Shown here: one piece after another, positions 9,851-20,507 of the stretch
How the letters are laid out: every line of letters starts with the position of its first letter
How positions within the stretch are numbered: the first letter of the stretch is position 1
Origin: Escherichia phage vB_EcoM_HZ_ZJUN4
Sequence record: PP216085
DNA length: 64,000 nucleotides
Direction: 5' to 3' (one strand)
The notes under the pieces: generated by a model
Told to the model about the DNA's origin: nothing
Seen by the model: only the letters and a program-made list of their open reading frames with translations
Databases searched by the model: none
Made by a program: the position numbers and the translations under genes

Positions 9851-11029
9851 ATGAGCACAGTTTTTAATACAAATCCAGTTGATGTTTTAAAAGAACCTAT
9901 GTTCTTCGGTTCAGGTCTTGGTATTGCGCGTTATGATATTCAACGTCATAAAGTTTTTGAAGATTTAACTGAAAAGCAGTTGTCATTTTTCTGGCGTCCT
10001 GAAGAAGTAAACTTGATGATGGATGCTGCACAATTTAACAAGCTTCCTCAGTATCAACAAGATATTTTTACTAATAACCTGAAGTATCAATCACTTCTAG
10101 ATAGCATTCAGGGTCGTGCACCGTCTGCTGTACTTATGTCGTTAATTTCAGACCCAAGTCTTGATACATGGGTTGCTACATGGACTTTTAGTGAAACTAT
10201 TCACAGTCGTTCATATACTCATATCATGCGAAATCTTTATACTGATCCATCGAAGGTATTTGATGAGATTGTACTAGATGAAGCTATCATGAAACGTGCT
10301 GAATCTATCGGTCGCTATTATGATGATGTTCTGACTAAAACCCGTGAATGGGAAAATGCTAAAGAATTTACAGAACTAGCTAAAGAATCTCCTGATGCTG
10401 TTTTTCGTTTAAATCGAGCTATTAAACAAGAAGCCGAAGCTAAACGAGCACTAATGAAATCTCTTTACCTCTGTTTGCACGTTATTAATGCCTTAGAAGC
10501 TATTCGTTTTTATGTATCTTTTGCATGTACCTTTAACTTCCATAAGAACATGGAAATCATGGAAGGTAATGCCAAGATTATGAAGTTCATTGCACGTGAT
10601 GAGCAGCTTCACCTTAAAGGCACCCAATATATTATTCGTCAACTTCAATCCGGTACTGATGGCGATGAATGGGTTAAAATTGCTCAAGAGTGTGAACAAG
10701 AAGCAGTTGATATTTTCATGGAAGTTAACCGCCAAGAAAAAGATTGGGCAGTTCATTTATTTAAAGATGGCGATGTTCCTGGATTAAATACAAATAGCAT
10801 GTGGAGCTTTATTGATTACTTAACTGTATCTCGTATGAAACAGTGCGGTCTTCCATGCCCAATTACCGATGCTCCGGTTAAACATCCATATCCTTGGATT
10901 CGTGAATATCTTAATTCTGATAATGTTCAATCCGCGCCACAAGAAGTAGAACTGTCATCTTACCTTGTTGCACAGATTGATAATGATGTTGATGATAAAG
11001 TTATGATGAGTTTTAAAAAATACTTTTAA
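9851..11029 (+). CDS. nrdB: ribonucleotide reductase small subunit, 392 aa, uninterrupted
   Basis: 392 aa continuous ORF MSTVFNTNPVDVLKEPMFFGSG...; ferritin-like di-iron ligand motifs; no intron. Confidence 0.96.
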   Translation: MSTVFNTNPVDVLKEPMFFGSGLGIARYDIQRHKVFEDLTEKQLSFFWRPEEVNLMMDAAQFNKLPQYQQDIFTNNLKYQSLLDSIQGRAPSAVLMSLISDPSLDTWVATWTFSETIHSRSYTHIMRNLYTDPSKVFDEIVLDEAIMKRAESIGRYYDDVLTKTREWENAKEFTELAKESPDAVFRLNRAIKQEAEAKRALMKSLYLCLHVINALEAIRFYVSFACTFNFHKNMEIMEGNAKIMKFIARDEQLHLKGTQYIIRQLQSGTDGDEWVKIAQECEQEAVDIFMEVNRQEKDWAVHLFKDGDVPGLNTNSMWSFIDYLTVSRMKQCGLPCPITDAPVKHPYPWIREYLNSDNVQSAPQEVELSSYLVAQIDNDVDDKVMMSFKKYF

Positions 11030-11033
11030 GGAG

Positions 11034-11056
11034 TGGGCCGTAAGGCCCATTTTATT
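11034..11056 (+). terminator. stem-loop/terminator between nrdB and denA
   Basis: TGGGCC-GTAA-GGCCCA (GNRA tetraloop) followed by TTTTATT. Confidence 0.5.
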
Positions 11057-12644
<1,588 letters not shown>

Positions 12645-12647
12645 GCT

Positions 12648-12701
12648 GTTTACAAGTCCCTCATGTTGTGTTACAGTAGTCTTACTGACACAACATGAGG
12701 A
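12648..12701 (+). promoter_or_regulatory. early promoter fused to 13-bp dyad that sequesters the alc RBS in read-through transcripts
   Basis: GTTTACA -35, -10 TACAGT; arms CCTCATGTTGTGT (12659-12671) and ACACAACATGAGG (12688-12700), the latter containing the GAGG Shine-Dalgarno. Confidence 0.5.
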
Positions 12702-12708
12702 CTTTATG

Positions 12709-13212
12709 ATGGATTTACAGCTTATTACTACTGAAATGGTCGTTGAAGCATATGGTGATACTACAGATGGGATTTCTGTATTTAAAGGAAATCGTCGAGT
12801 TGGATATATCACCGATCTTAAGAAAGATTTAGCTAAGCAAGTCAAGCGGAAAACGACCATCAAAGAATATCGAAATCGTCGTCTTGAGCAAGCCCGTGAT
12901 ATGCTTCCTGATGCGGTTGAGGAGATGAAAGTCTTTTTAGAAAATCAGCTTGCGAAATATGATTGTGATGTGTTCATTAATCAGACTCAACCTAATGTTC
13001 ATATCAATAATTGTAAATGCTACATCATCGTTAATCCTTTGACGGGAAAACATCGTCTTGGAATTAGTAATCCAAATCGTAGTGCATCAGATATGGCAGA
13101 AGATGTTGAGGCATGCTTTAAAATTTCTAAATCTCCGGCTGAACATCATATTTTAATTAACGGTCTTTCTCAAGACGATATTGTAGAGGTTATTAAAACT
13201 TTATGCATGTAA
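12709..13212 (+). CDS. alc: Alc (blocks elongation on cytosine-containing DNA), 167 aa
   Basis: MDLQLITTEMVVEAYGDTTDGISVFKGNRRVGYI... matches T4 Alc; ORF track begins one Met earlier (12706). Confidence 0.9.
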   Translation: MDLQLITTEMVVEAYGDTTDGISVFKGNRRVGYITDLKKDLAKQVKRKTTIKEYRNRRLEQARDMLPDAVEEMKVFLENQLAKYDCDVFINQTQPNVHINNCKCYIIVNPLTGKHRLGISNPNRSASDMAEDVEACFKISKSPAEHHILINGLSQDDIVEVIKTLCM

Positions 13213-13556
13213 GTAATTTTACAGCTGGATTGCTATTACTTGTAATAGCATTTGGCGGAACATCTATTATTTTAAAAAATAAGGTAGAAAGATTAGAAAC
13301 ATCGGTTACTGAAATTACAAAAACGGCCAATGAAAACGCTTTAGCATTAGATAATTTGCGAATTCAGTATAATTATATTGATGCGATGAATAATAAAAAT
13401 CGTGAGGCAATTGCTGCTATTGAGCGTGAAAATGAAAAACTGCGCAAAGATGCAAAGAAGGCGGATGTGGTGGCTCATAAGCCAGGATTGGTTGAAAAAC
13501 AAATCAACAACTCCTTCAACAAGTTCGCAGAAGACATCCAGGACCTTTCTAAATGA
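13203..13556 (+). CDS. pseT.3: i-spanin (inner-membrane spanin subunit), 117 aa
   Basis: N-terminal transmembrane helix (FTAGLLLLVIAFGGTSIIL) followed by coiled-coil-rich periplasmic domain; overlaps next ORF; T4 PseT.3 equivalent. Confidence 0.75.
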   Translation: MHVSNFTAGLLLLVIAFGGTSIILKNKVERLETSVTEITKTANENALALDNLRIQYNYIDAMNNKNREAIAAIERENEKLRKDAKKADVVAHKPGLVEKQINNSFNKFAEDIQDLSK

Positions 13557-13852
13557 TTAAACTATCGGCAGTAATATTATCTATTGGTCTTCTAGTTGGT
13601 TGTTCGACAAAGCCTCTAGAAGTAAAGAAAGAAACAGTTCATCCTAATTGGCCCGTGCAAATAAAGTCATATGATGAAGCTAAACTATCTTGGCAAGTTA
13701 AAGTTATCGATGGTAAAGCTTGGGTCGGTATGCCATTCGAAGATTCCCAGGAATTTCGTATTTGGCTTAATGATGTAAAACGATATGTACATGACCAAAA
13801 AACTATGATATGTTATTATCGTCAAGAGCTAAAAGAGGATAAATGCAAATGA
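13553..13852 (+). CDS. pseT.2: o-spanin (outer-membrane lipoprotein spanin subunit), 99 aa
   Basis: Signal peptide with lipobox LLVGC (MIKLSAVILSIGLLVGCS); T4 PseT.2 equivalent. Confidence 0.75.
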   Translation: MIKLSAVILSIGLLVGCSTKPLEVKKETVHPNWPVQIKSYDEAKLSWQVKVIDGKAWVGMPFEDSQEFRIWLNDVKRYVHDQKTMICYYRQELKEDKCK

Positions 13853-14075
13853 TTTCATGGCATCAATTTGAACATCTCAAAGGATTGATTTATGAATCCG
13901 AGATGGCTGCAATGATTTATGGACGCCAGATTCAACGGTTAGAATCTTTACCTCCAACTAATGATGTTTTATTAGCTCAATCTCGGGCTAATCTTAAAAA
14001 TGAATACCAAAATAAGTGGGGTAAAGCATCTAAAGACTTGCATGATTATATTCAATCATTAGTTGAGAAAAATAA

Positions 14076-14079
<4 letters not shown>
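13843..14079 (+). CDS. hypothetical protein, 78 aa
   Basis: ORF overlapping neighbours in operon-like arrangement. Confidence 0.5.
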
Positions 14080-15283
<1,204 letters not shown>

Positions 15284-15347
15284 TGGCTTTGCACCATGAA
15301 ACTTGGGATATTATTAATTGGCTTGAAGAAAATTATGTGAGGTAAAT

Positions 15348-15623
15348 ATGTTTCCGACTTACTCTAAAATCGTAGAAGTGGTGTTTAGCCAAATTATAGC
15401 TAATAATATGTTTGAAAAACTTGATAATGCAGCTGAGCTTCGAATCCACGCTCAAGTGACTCATGTATTGAACACTTTGCTTCCAGACCAGGTGGATTCT
15501 ATTGCAATTACGCTGTATCCAGGTTCCGCGCATATCATTGTCGTATTTGGTCTTGATGCTGAGTTAGTTATCAAAGGCGATATTCGCTTTGAATCACAGA
15601 CATCAGAATTCAAAGCAATTTAA
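15348..15623 (+). CDS. hypothetical protein, 91 aa
   Basis: ORF with GTGAGG RBS. Confidence 0.5.
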   Translation: MFPTYSKIVEVVFSQIIANNMFEKLDNAAELRIHAQVTHVLNTLLPDQVDSIAITLYPGSAHIIVVFGLDAELVIKGDIRFESQTSEFKAI

Positions 15624-15625
15624 TA

Positions 15626-15664
15626 GTTTACTTTACGGTAGAGTTGTGATATTATAGCTCTACC
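15626..15664 (+). promoter_or_regulatory. early sigma70-type promoter
   Basis: GTTTACT, extended -10 TGTGATATTAT flanked by GGTAGAG/CTCTACC dyad. Confidence 0.5.
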
Positions 15665-15685
15665 AAAACAAATGAGGAAATTGAA

Positions 15686-15922
15686 ATGCTAAGTGAAAAA
15701 CCAATTACTGCTAAAGAATTCCAAGAAAAAGTTAAACTATTTGCTCAGGAATTGGTAAATAAGGTTTCTGAACGATTTCCTGAAACATCGGTTCGTGTTA
15801 TTACCGAAACTCCTCGTTCAGTATTAGTAATTGTGAATCCAGGTGATGGTGACCAAATATCGCATCTCAAATTGGATTTTGATGGATTAGTTGAAGCACA
15901 AAGGGTGTATGGCGTACTATGA
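15686..15922 (+). CDS. hypothetical protein, 78 aa
   Basis: ORF with TGAGGAAA RBS. Confidence 0.5.
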   Translation: MLSEKPITAKEFQEKVKLFAQELVNKVSERFPETSVRVITETPRSVLVIVNPGDGDQISHLKLDFDGLVEAQRVYGVL

Positions 15923-16257
15923 TGAATTTAACTGATATAATTGATAATTGTCTTGAAAATGATACTGGCGATCATAGAGCGCTTGACTCTGAAACATCAC
16001 AGTTCATTAGAATAACTTTAATGAACGATACTCTGGTGAACAGTATTCATCCTTCTGTGTATGATGCTATTATTGTGACGAAGTATCCAGTTGAGCTTCA
16101 CAAAAAGATGACTGGTGCAGTTTTTATTGATAAGAAAAACCGCTTTAAAGATGGGCAGAATATAATTAGTTCTGTTATTAAAAGTATAACTAAACTTCGT
16201 CACGAAATTTATCGTGTTGAAACTGCTAAATCTGCTTATCTGGTGATTATGAAATGA
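15919..16257 (+). CDS. hypothetical protein, 112 aa
   Basis: ORF overlapping neighbours (ATGA couplings). Confidence 0.5.
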   Translation: MMNLTDIIDNCLENDTGDHRALDSETSQFIRITLMNDTLVNSIHPSVYDAIIVTKYPVELHKKMTGAVFIDKKNRFKDGQNIISSVIKSITKLRHEIYRVETAKSAYLVIMK

Positions 16258-16835
16258 AAGCGAGTACAGTACTTCAAATTGCATATTTAGTATCACAGGA
16301 ATCGAAATGTTGCTCCTGGAAGGTAGGAGCAGTAATTGAAAAGAATGGACGTATTATTTCTACCGGATATAATGGTTCACCTGCCGGGGGTGTGAACTGT
16401 TGTGATTATGCTACTGAGCAAGGTTGGTTGCTAAATAAACCTAAACATACTATCATTCAAGGTCATAAGCCTGAATGCGTATCATTTGGTTCAACTGATC
16501 GTTTTGTCTTGGCGAAAGAACATCGTAGTGCTCACTCGGAATGGTCGTCTAAAAATGAAATTCATGCTGAGCTAAATGCAATTTTGTTTGCTGCACGAAA
16601 TGGTTCTTCTATTGAAGGTGCTACTATGTATGTAACACTTTCTCCTTGTCCGGATTGCGCAAAAGCGATAGCTCAATCTGGTATTAAAAAGCTGGTTTAT
16701 TGCGAAACATACGATAAAAATAAACCTGGCTGGGATGATATTCTGCGAAATGCAGGTATTGAAGTGTTTAATGTTCCTAAGAAAAACTTGAATAAGTTAA
16801 ACTGGGAAAATATCAACGAATTCTGTGGTGAATAA
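16254..16835 (+). CDS. cd: dCMP deaminase, 193 aa
   Basis: Zinc-binding deaminase motifs HAE and PCxxC (SPCPDCAKAIAQSG); matches T4 Cd. Confidence 0.95.
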   Translation: MKASTVLQIAYLVSQESKCCSWKVGAVIEKNGRIISTGYNGSPAGGVNCCDYATEQGWLLNKPKHTIIQGHKPECVSFGSTDRFVLAKEHRSAHSEWSSKNEIHAELNAILFAARNGSSIEGATMYVTLSPCPDCAKAIAQSGIKKLVYCETYDKNKPGWDDILRNAGIEVFNVPKKNLNKLNWENINEFCGE

Positions 16836-17071
16836 TGAAATTTCGTTTGGTACAACTCACAGCAATTAGTTCTTATTCTAATGAGAACATCTCGTTTGCT
16901 GTAGAGTATAAGAAATATTTTTTCTCTAAATGGAAACAGTATTATAAGACAAATTGGGTTTGTATTGATAGACCATATAGTTGGAAATCTGATTTAGAAA
17001 AATGCCAAAAATTGCTTTCCACTCTTAAAGAACGTGGAACAACTCATATTAAAACTGTAATAGGTAAATAA
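16835..17071 (+). CDS. hypothetical protein, 78 aa
   Basis: ORF coupled to cd stop. Confidence 0.5.
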   Translation: MKFRLVQLTAISSYSNENISFAVEYKKYFFSKWKQYYKTNWVCIDRPYSWKSDLEKCQKLLSTLKERGTTHIKTVIGK

Positions 17072-17380
17072 ATGAAACTGACAACTGAACAGAAAGTAGC
17101 AATTCGTGAAATTTTGAAAACTAAATTGTCCATGGGTATTTCAAACGTGGTTTTTGAAAAGTCTGATGGTACTATTCGTACTATGAAAGGCACTCGTGAT
17201 GCTGACTTTATGCCAACTATGCAAACCGGTAAATTAACTGAATCTACTCGGAAAGAATCTACTGATATGATTCCAGTATTTGATGTTGAGCTTGGTGCAT
17301 GGCGAGGTTTTTCTATTGACAAATTGATTTCAGTTAATGGTATGAAAGTTGAGCATTTGCTCCAATTTATTGGTAAATAA
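17072..17380 (+). CDS. hypothetical protein, 102 aa
   Basis: ORF coupled to upstream ORF. Confidence 0.5.
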   Translation: MKLTTEQKVAIREILKTKLSMGISNVVFEKSDGTIRTMKGTRDADFMPTMQTGKLTESTRKESTDMIPVFDVELGAWRGFSIDKLISVNGMKVEHLLQFIGK

Positions 17381-17436
17381 ATGCTTTAAGAATTATTTGT
17401 TATTATTAATTCATCTGTTAACAAAAAGGAAAAACG

Positions 17437-17772
17437 ATGTCTGAAGTACAACAGCTACCAATTCGTGCTGTCGGTGAATATGTTATTTTAGTTTCTGAAC
17501 CTGCACAAGCCGGTGATGAAGAAGTCACAGAATCAGGACTTATCATCGGTAAACGTGTCCAAGGTGAAGTTCCTGAACTGTGTGTAGTTCACTCTGTTGG
17601 TCCTGATGTTCCTGAAGGTTTCTGCGAAGTTGGTGATTTGACTTCTCTTCCAGTTGGTCAAATTCGAAACGTTCCGCATCCTTTTGTAGCTCTGGGTCTT
17701 AAGCAGCCAAAAGAAATTAAACAAAAATTCGTTACTTGTCACTATAAAGCTATTCCATGTCTCTATAAGTGA
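17437..17772 (+). CDS. 31: gp31 co-chaperonin (GroES analogue for capsid folding), 111 aa
   Basis: [40 protein letters not shown]... matches T4 gp31. Confidence 0.93.
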
Positions 17773-17780
17773 TATAAATA
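17773..17780 (+). promoter_or_regulatory. late promoter (TATAAATA) upstream of rIII
   Basis: Exact TATAAATA on + strand directly after gene 31 stop. Confidence 0.45.
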
Positions 17781-17919
17781 ATAATATGAATTGGGTGTCG
17801 GAATAATAAGTTAACCGAACAATTCTATGTGGTAGTCTACAACTGAGAGATCTGTCGAAAGAAGATGAAATTCAGAAGAACGTGGCTACCGAGTTTTAAT
17901 CTCTAACGAGAATTTTTAA

Positions 17920-18168
17920 ATGATTAAACAATTACAACACGCTCTCGAACTGCAACGAAACGCATGGAATAATGGTCACGAAAACTATGGCGCATCTATT
18001 GATGTTGAAGCCGAAGCTCTTGAAATCCTGCGTTATTTCAAACATCTGAATCCTGCTCAAACTGCACTAGCTGCTGAGCTCCAGGAAAAAGATGAACTTA
18101 AATATGCTAAGCCTCTGGCTTCTGCTGCACGAAAAGCAGTTCGTCACTTTGTGGTAACACTGAAGTAA
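17920..18168 (+). CDS. rIII: rIII lysis-inhibition accessory protein, 82 aa
   Basis: MIKQLQHALELQRNAWNNGHENYGASIDVEAEALEILRYFKHLNPAQ... matches T4 RIII. Confidence 0.9.
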   Translation: MIKQLQHALELQRNAWNNGHENYGASIDVEAEALEILRYFKHLNPAQTALAAELQEKDELKYAKPLASAARKAVRHFVVTLK

Positions 18169-18288
18169 TTATGTTGACGAGGTTTATGGTTATCCTGTCG
18201 GTAAATATTCAAAACCTAAGTACCCCTTTGAGGGCTTTCGCAGGCAATGCCAATAAGTCCTGCATTTTCATTTAAAAGAGAATTTATA

Positions 18289-18465
18289 ATGGCAAAACAA
18301 GCTAAAGCAAAGAAAGCAGTTGAAAAGAAAGTTGGTGATTCTAAACGCGCTGGTTACAAGCGTGGGTCGAACTCTCGTATCAATCAAACTGTTGAGAAGA
18401 TCATGCGCCGAGCACGTGCGGTTCTTCGAGATGATGCTTCTCGTTTTGGTAAGCAGAAAGCATAA
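18289..18465 (+). CDS. small basic protein, 58 aa
   Basis: MAKQAKAKKAVEKKVGDSKRAGYKRGSNSR...; Lys/Arg-rich; ORF-track start at 18247 is upstream of the likely ATG. Confidence 0.5.
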   Translation: MAKQAKAKKAVEKKVGDSKRAGYKRGSNSRINQTVEKIMRRARAVLRDDASRFGKQKA

Positions 18466-18468
18466 GTT

Positions 18469-18497
18469 AAGGACTCCTTCGGGAGTCCTTTTTTATT
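18469..18497 (+). terminator. rho-independent terminator
   Basis: AAGGACTCC-TTCG-GGAGTCCTT followed by TTTTTTATTTT. Confidence 0.75.
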
Positions 18498-18517
18498 TTC
18501 CAAAGATTGCACAAAGT

Positions 18518-18548
18518 TGTTTACAGTATAGTTCCTTTGTGATAGTAT
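18518..18548 (+). promoter_or_regulatory. early sigma70-type promoter
   Basis: GTTTACA; extended -10 TGTGATAGTAT. Confidence 0.5.
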
Positions 18549-18575
18549 TATCTTACACAAACAAAGGAGAATAAA

Positions 18576-18908
18576 ATGAAAACGATTAATCTGAACGCTG
18601 CGGTTAAAGCTAAATGTTTCAATGGTGAATATAACGAAACTATGTGGTTCTTAATGGCAGTTGAAGGTGATATTATTGAAGTAGAAACAACAGAAGGTAT
18701 GGGAACAGATTTCACCTTTACAATTCAAGTTCATAATTTCTTTACTGGTTGGATTTATGAATTGAATACAGTAATCGTTGGAAAAATTGAACAAAATGAA
18801 TTAGGTGAATGGTATTATGTTACAGCCCGCCAACGTGCCGAACGCTTAATTGAGAAGATGAAAAAAGTTGGTAAACTTGACATGAAGCATTGGAAAGTAG
18901 TAAAATAA
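18576..18908 (+). CDS. hypothetical protein, 110 aa
   Basis: ORF with AAGGAG RBS. Confidence 0.55.
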   Translation: MKTINLNAAVKAKCFNGEYNETMWFLMAVEGDIIEVETTEGMGTDFTFTIQVHNFFTGWIYELNTVIVGKIEQNELGEWYYVTARQRAERLIEKMKKVGKLDMKHWKVVK

Positions 18909-18910
18909 TT

Positions 18911-18950
18911 GTTTACTTTGGTACAGGATATGATATTATATACCTGTACC
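18911..18950 (+). promoter_or_regulatory. early sigma70-type promoter
   Basis: GTTTACT; -10 region ATGATATTATAT enclosed by perfect 8-bp dyad GGTACAGG/CCTGTACC. Confidence 0.5.
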
Positions 18951-18963
18951 GCAATTAAACATC

Positions 18964-19341
18964 TTGGAGAATAAAATGAACTACATCAACTTTGAACGTA
19001 AATATGTTTCTAATGGTATTGCAGGTTCTATTGATACTATCTGCCTTTGGAAACATCAAAATGGATCAGTATGCGAAATTGAACAGTATATGACTCCTAA
19101 CTACGTTTATATGCGATTTGAAAATGGCATCACGGTTTCAATCACGAAAGAAGGTTCTTCTTTTAAAATCGCATTAGATGATGATTTCCGTCAACGCGAT
19201 TTAGGTACTCATCCTTGCTGGAATGGCGTCAATCGTAAGCTTCTGGTTAAAACTTGGATTCGTCATATTCTGAGTAACAGAGCTAAACCTGAGCATCTTG
19301 AAGCAATCTTTGATGTAGTTCTTAACGAATTTGATATTTAA
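18964..19341 (+). CDS. hypothetical protein, 125 aa
   Basis: ORF with GGAGAA RBS. Confidence 0.55.
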   Translation: MENKMNYINFERKYVSNGIAGSIDTICLWKHQNGSVCEIEQYMTPNYVYMRFENGITVSITKEGSSFKIALDDDFRQRDLGTHPCWNGVNRKLLVKTWIRHILSNRAKPEHLEAIFDVVLNEFDI

Positions 19342-19381
19342 AATAAAACAGGGGCTTCGGCCCCTTACTGAGGAAAATACT

Positions 19382-19656
19382 ATGTTTATGACTACTTATT
19401 TTGATACCCGCAAAAATTTCTGTGAAGTGGTTTTCTCTAAGGCACCTAAAGACCTTCCTGCTCATTTGCAGCCTACCAGTGAATCGATTATACAGTCTGC
19501 CCTTTAGAGTTTCGTACTGTAAATGGGCGTGATACTCTAGCTATCGCTAAACTCAATCGTGAAATTGACATTGACCCTTCAATTGCGCGTGAAATTAACA
19601 TTTCTGACATTGGTGGCGGTAATGTTAAATCGCACGGTTTTCAGATGAGGTTCTAA
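19382..19656 (+). pseudogene. small gene split over two overlapping reading frames (frameshift or pseudogene)
   Basis: ATG at 19382 with GAGGA RBS opens a 41-codon frame ending at TAG 19505-19507; the -1 frame is open from 19483 to TAA 19654-19656 with no start codon until three codons before its stop. Confidence 0.4.
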
Positions 19657-19853
19657 TGAAATTCTTTTTAGGTCAAACTGTTGAATTAAAGGGAGTCGGT
19701 ATACCTGGATTAATTTCTAAGGTTCTACCTCCATTTAAATGGAGAGACGTTCAAATAAAAGAAGCTTATATTGTTTCCTGGGTAGATGGAAATGAAGACC
19801 TTCGTATGGGTGATGAATTATCTCCTATCTATGGATTAAAGGAATTAGTATGA
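19656..19853 (+). CDS. hypothetical protein, 65 aa
   Basis: ORF coupled to the upstream frame (TAATG). Confidence 0.5.
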   Translation: MKFFLGQTVELKGVGIPGLISKVLPPFKWRDVQIKEAYIVSWVDGNEDLRMGDELSPIYGLKELV

Positions 19854-20056
19854 ATATAATTAATAAGATTTTTGGAATTCAGTACATTAAGGTCACATAT
19901 AAAGTAACATATAAAGGTCCGTATACCGATGAACATGAAGAACCGCAAGTTAAGTCTATTATATTAGAAAAGGACCCTAACTGGCCAATTGAATTTCGTC
20001 TTCCTTGCTATGGTCATTGGGCTGATGTTGAAATTATAAGTATTGAAAATGTCTGA
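19850..20056 (+). CDS. hypothetical protein, 68 aa
   Basis: ORF coupled to upstream ORF. Confidence 0.5.
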   Translation: MNIINKIFGIQYIKVTYKVTYKGPYTDEHEEPQVKSIILEKDPNWPIEFRLPCYGHWADVEIISIENV

Positions 20057-20507
20057 GCTAGAGATAAGAAGCAATTTTAGATGGCCATCATGTGCATTAA
20101 GCAATTTCGCCCAATGGCCTTTCGTTATGGATGGTATCCAATTTGGAGGTCTCGAAGGATTCCTCCAAGGATGTAAGGTGAAAAATGTTGAACGGCAAAG
20201 ACGTATATTTGGGTTATCCGGGCTTGCCGCCCAACAAGCTGGAAGGTCTTATGCTAGAGCTCAGGACCGTGGCACGTTGTTCTGGCTTGGAACTCCGTTT
20301 TCAAGATATTCCGAAGCATGGAAAGAATTATACACAAATGCATATTTTGAAGCAGCGATCCAAAACAGGGGCTTTCGTGAGGCATTACAAGCTTCGAAAG
20401 GAAAAGTTTTGAAGCACAGCATGGCTAGCGGTCTAACAAAAGATGATACAATACTAACCGAAGCTGAATTTATTGATGTGTTAAACCTATTAAGAGACTC
20501 TCTATGA
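20043..20507 (+). CDS. NADAR (YbiA-like, DUF1768) domain protein, 154 aa
   Basis: Motif block SNFAQWPFVMDGIQFGGLEGFLQGCKV resembles the E. coli YbiA core (DFSNFAAWPIKVDGKTWPTSEHYFQAQKF) from memory. Confidence 0.6.
   Translation: MKMSELEIRSNFRWPSCALSNFAQWPFVMDGIQFGGLEGFLQGCKVKNVERQRRIFGLSGLAAQQAGRSYARAQDRGTLFWLGTPFSRYSEAWKELYTNAYFEAAIQNRGFREALQASKGKVLKHSMASGLTKDDTILTEAEFIDVLNLLRDSL

Noticed and set aside
6117-11029. Group I introns with internal homing endonuclease ORFs in td or nrdB
   Set aside because: Looked for because T4 carries them, but both genes are single uninterrupted reading frames of the full expected length.
18320-18574. 84-aa ORF overlapping the small basic protein gene, a terminator and an early promoter
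   Set aside because: It runs straight through a strong rho-independent terminator and the downstream promoter; it is incompatible with the transcription signals and has no RBS.
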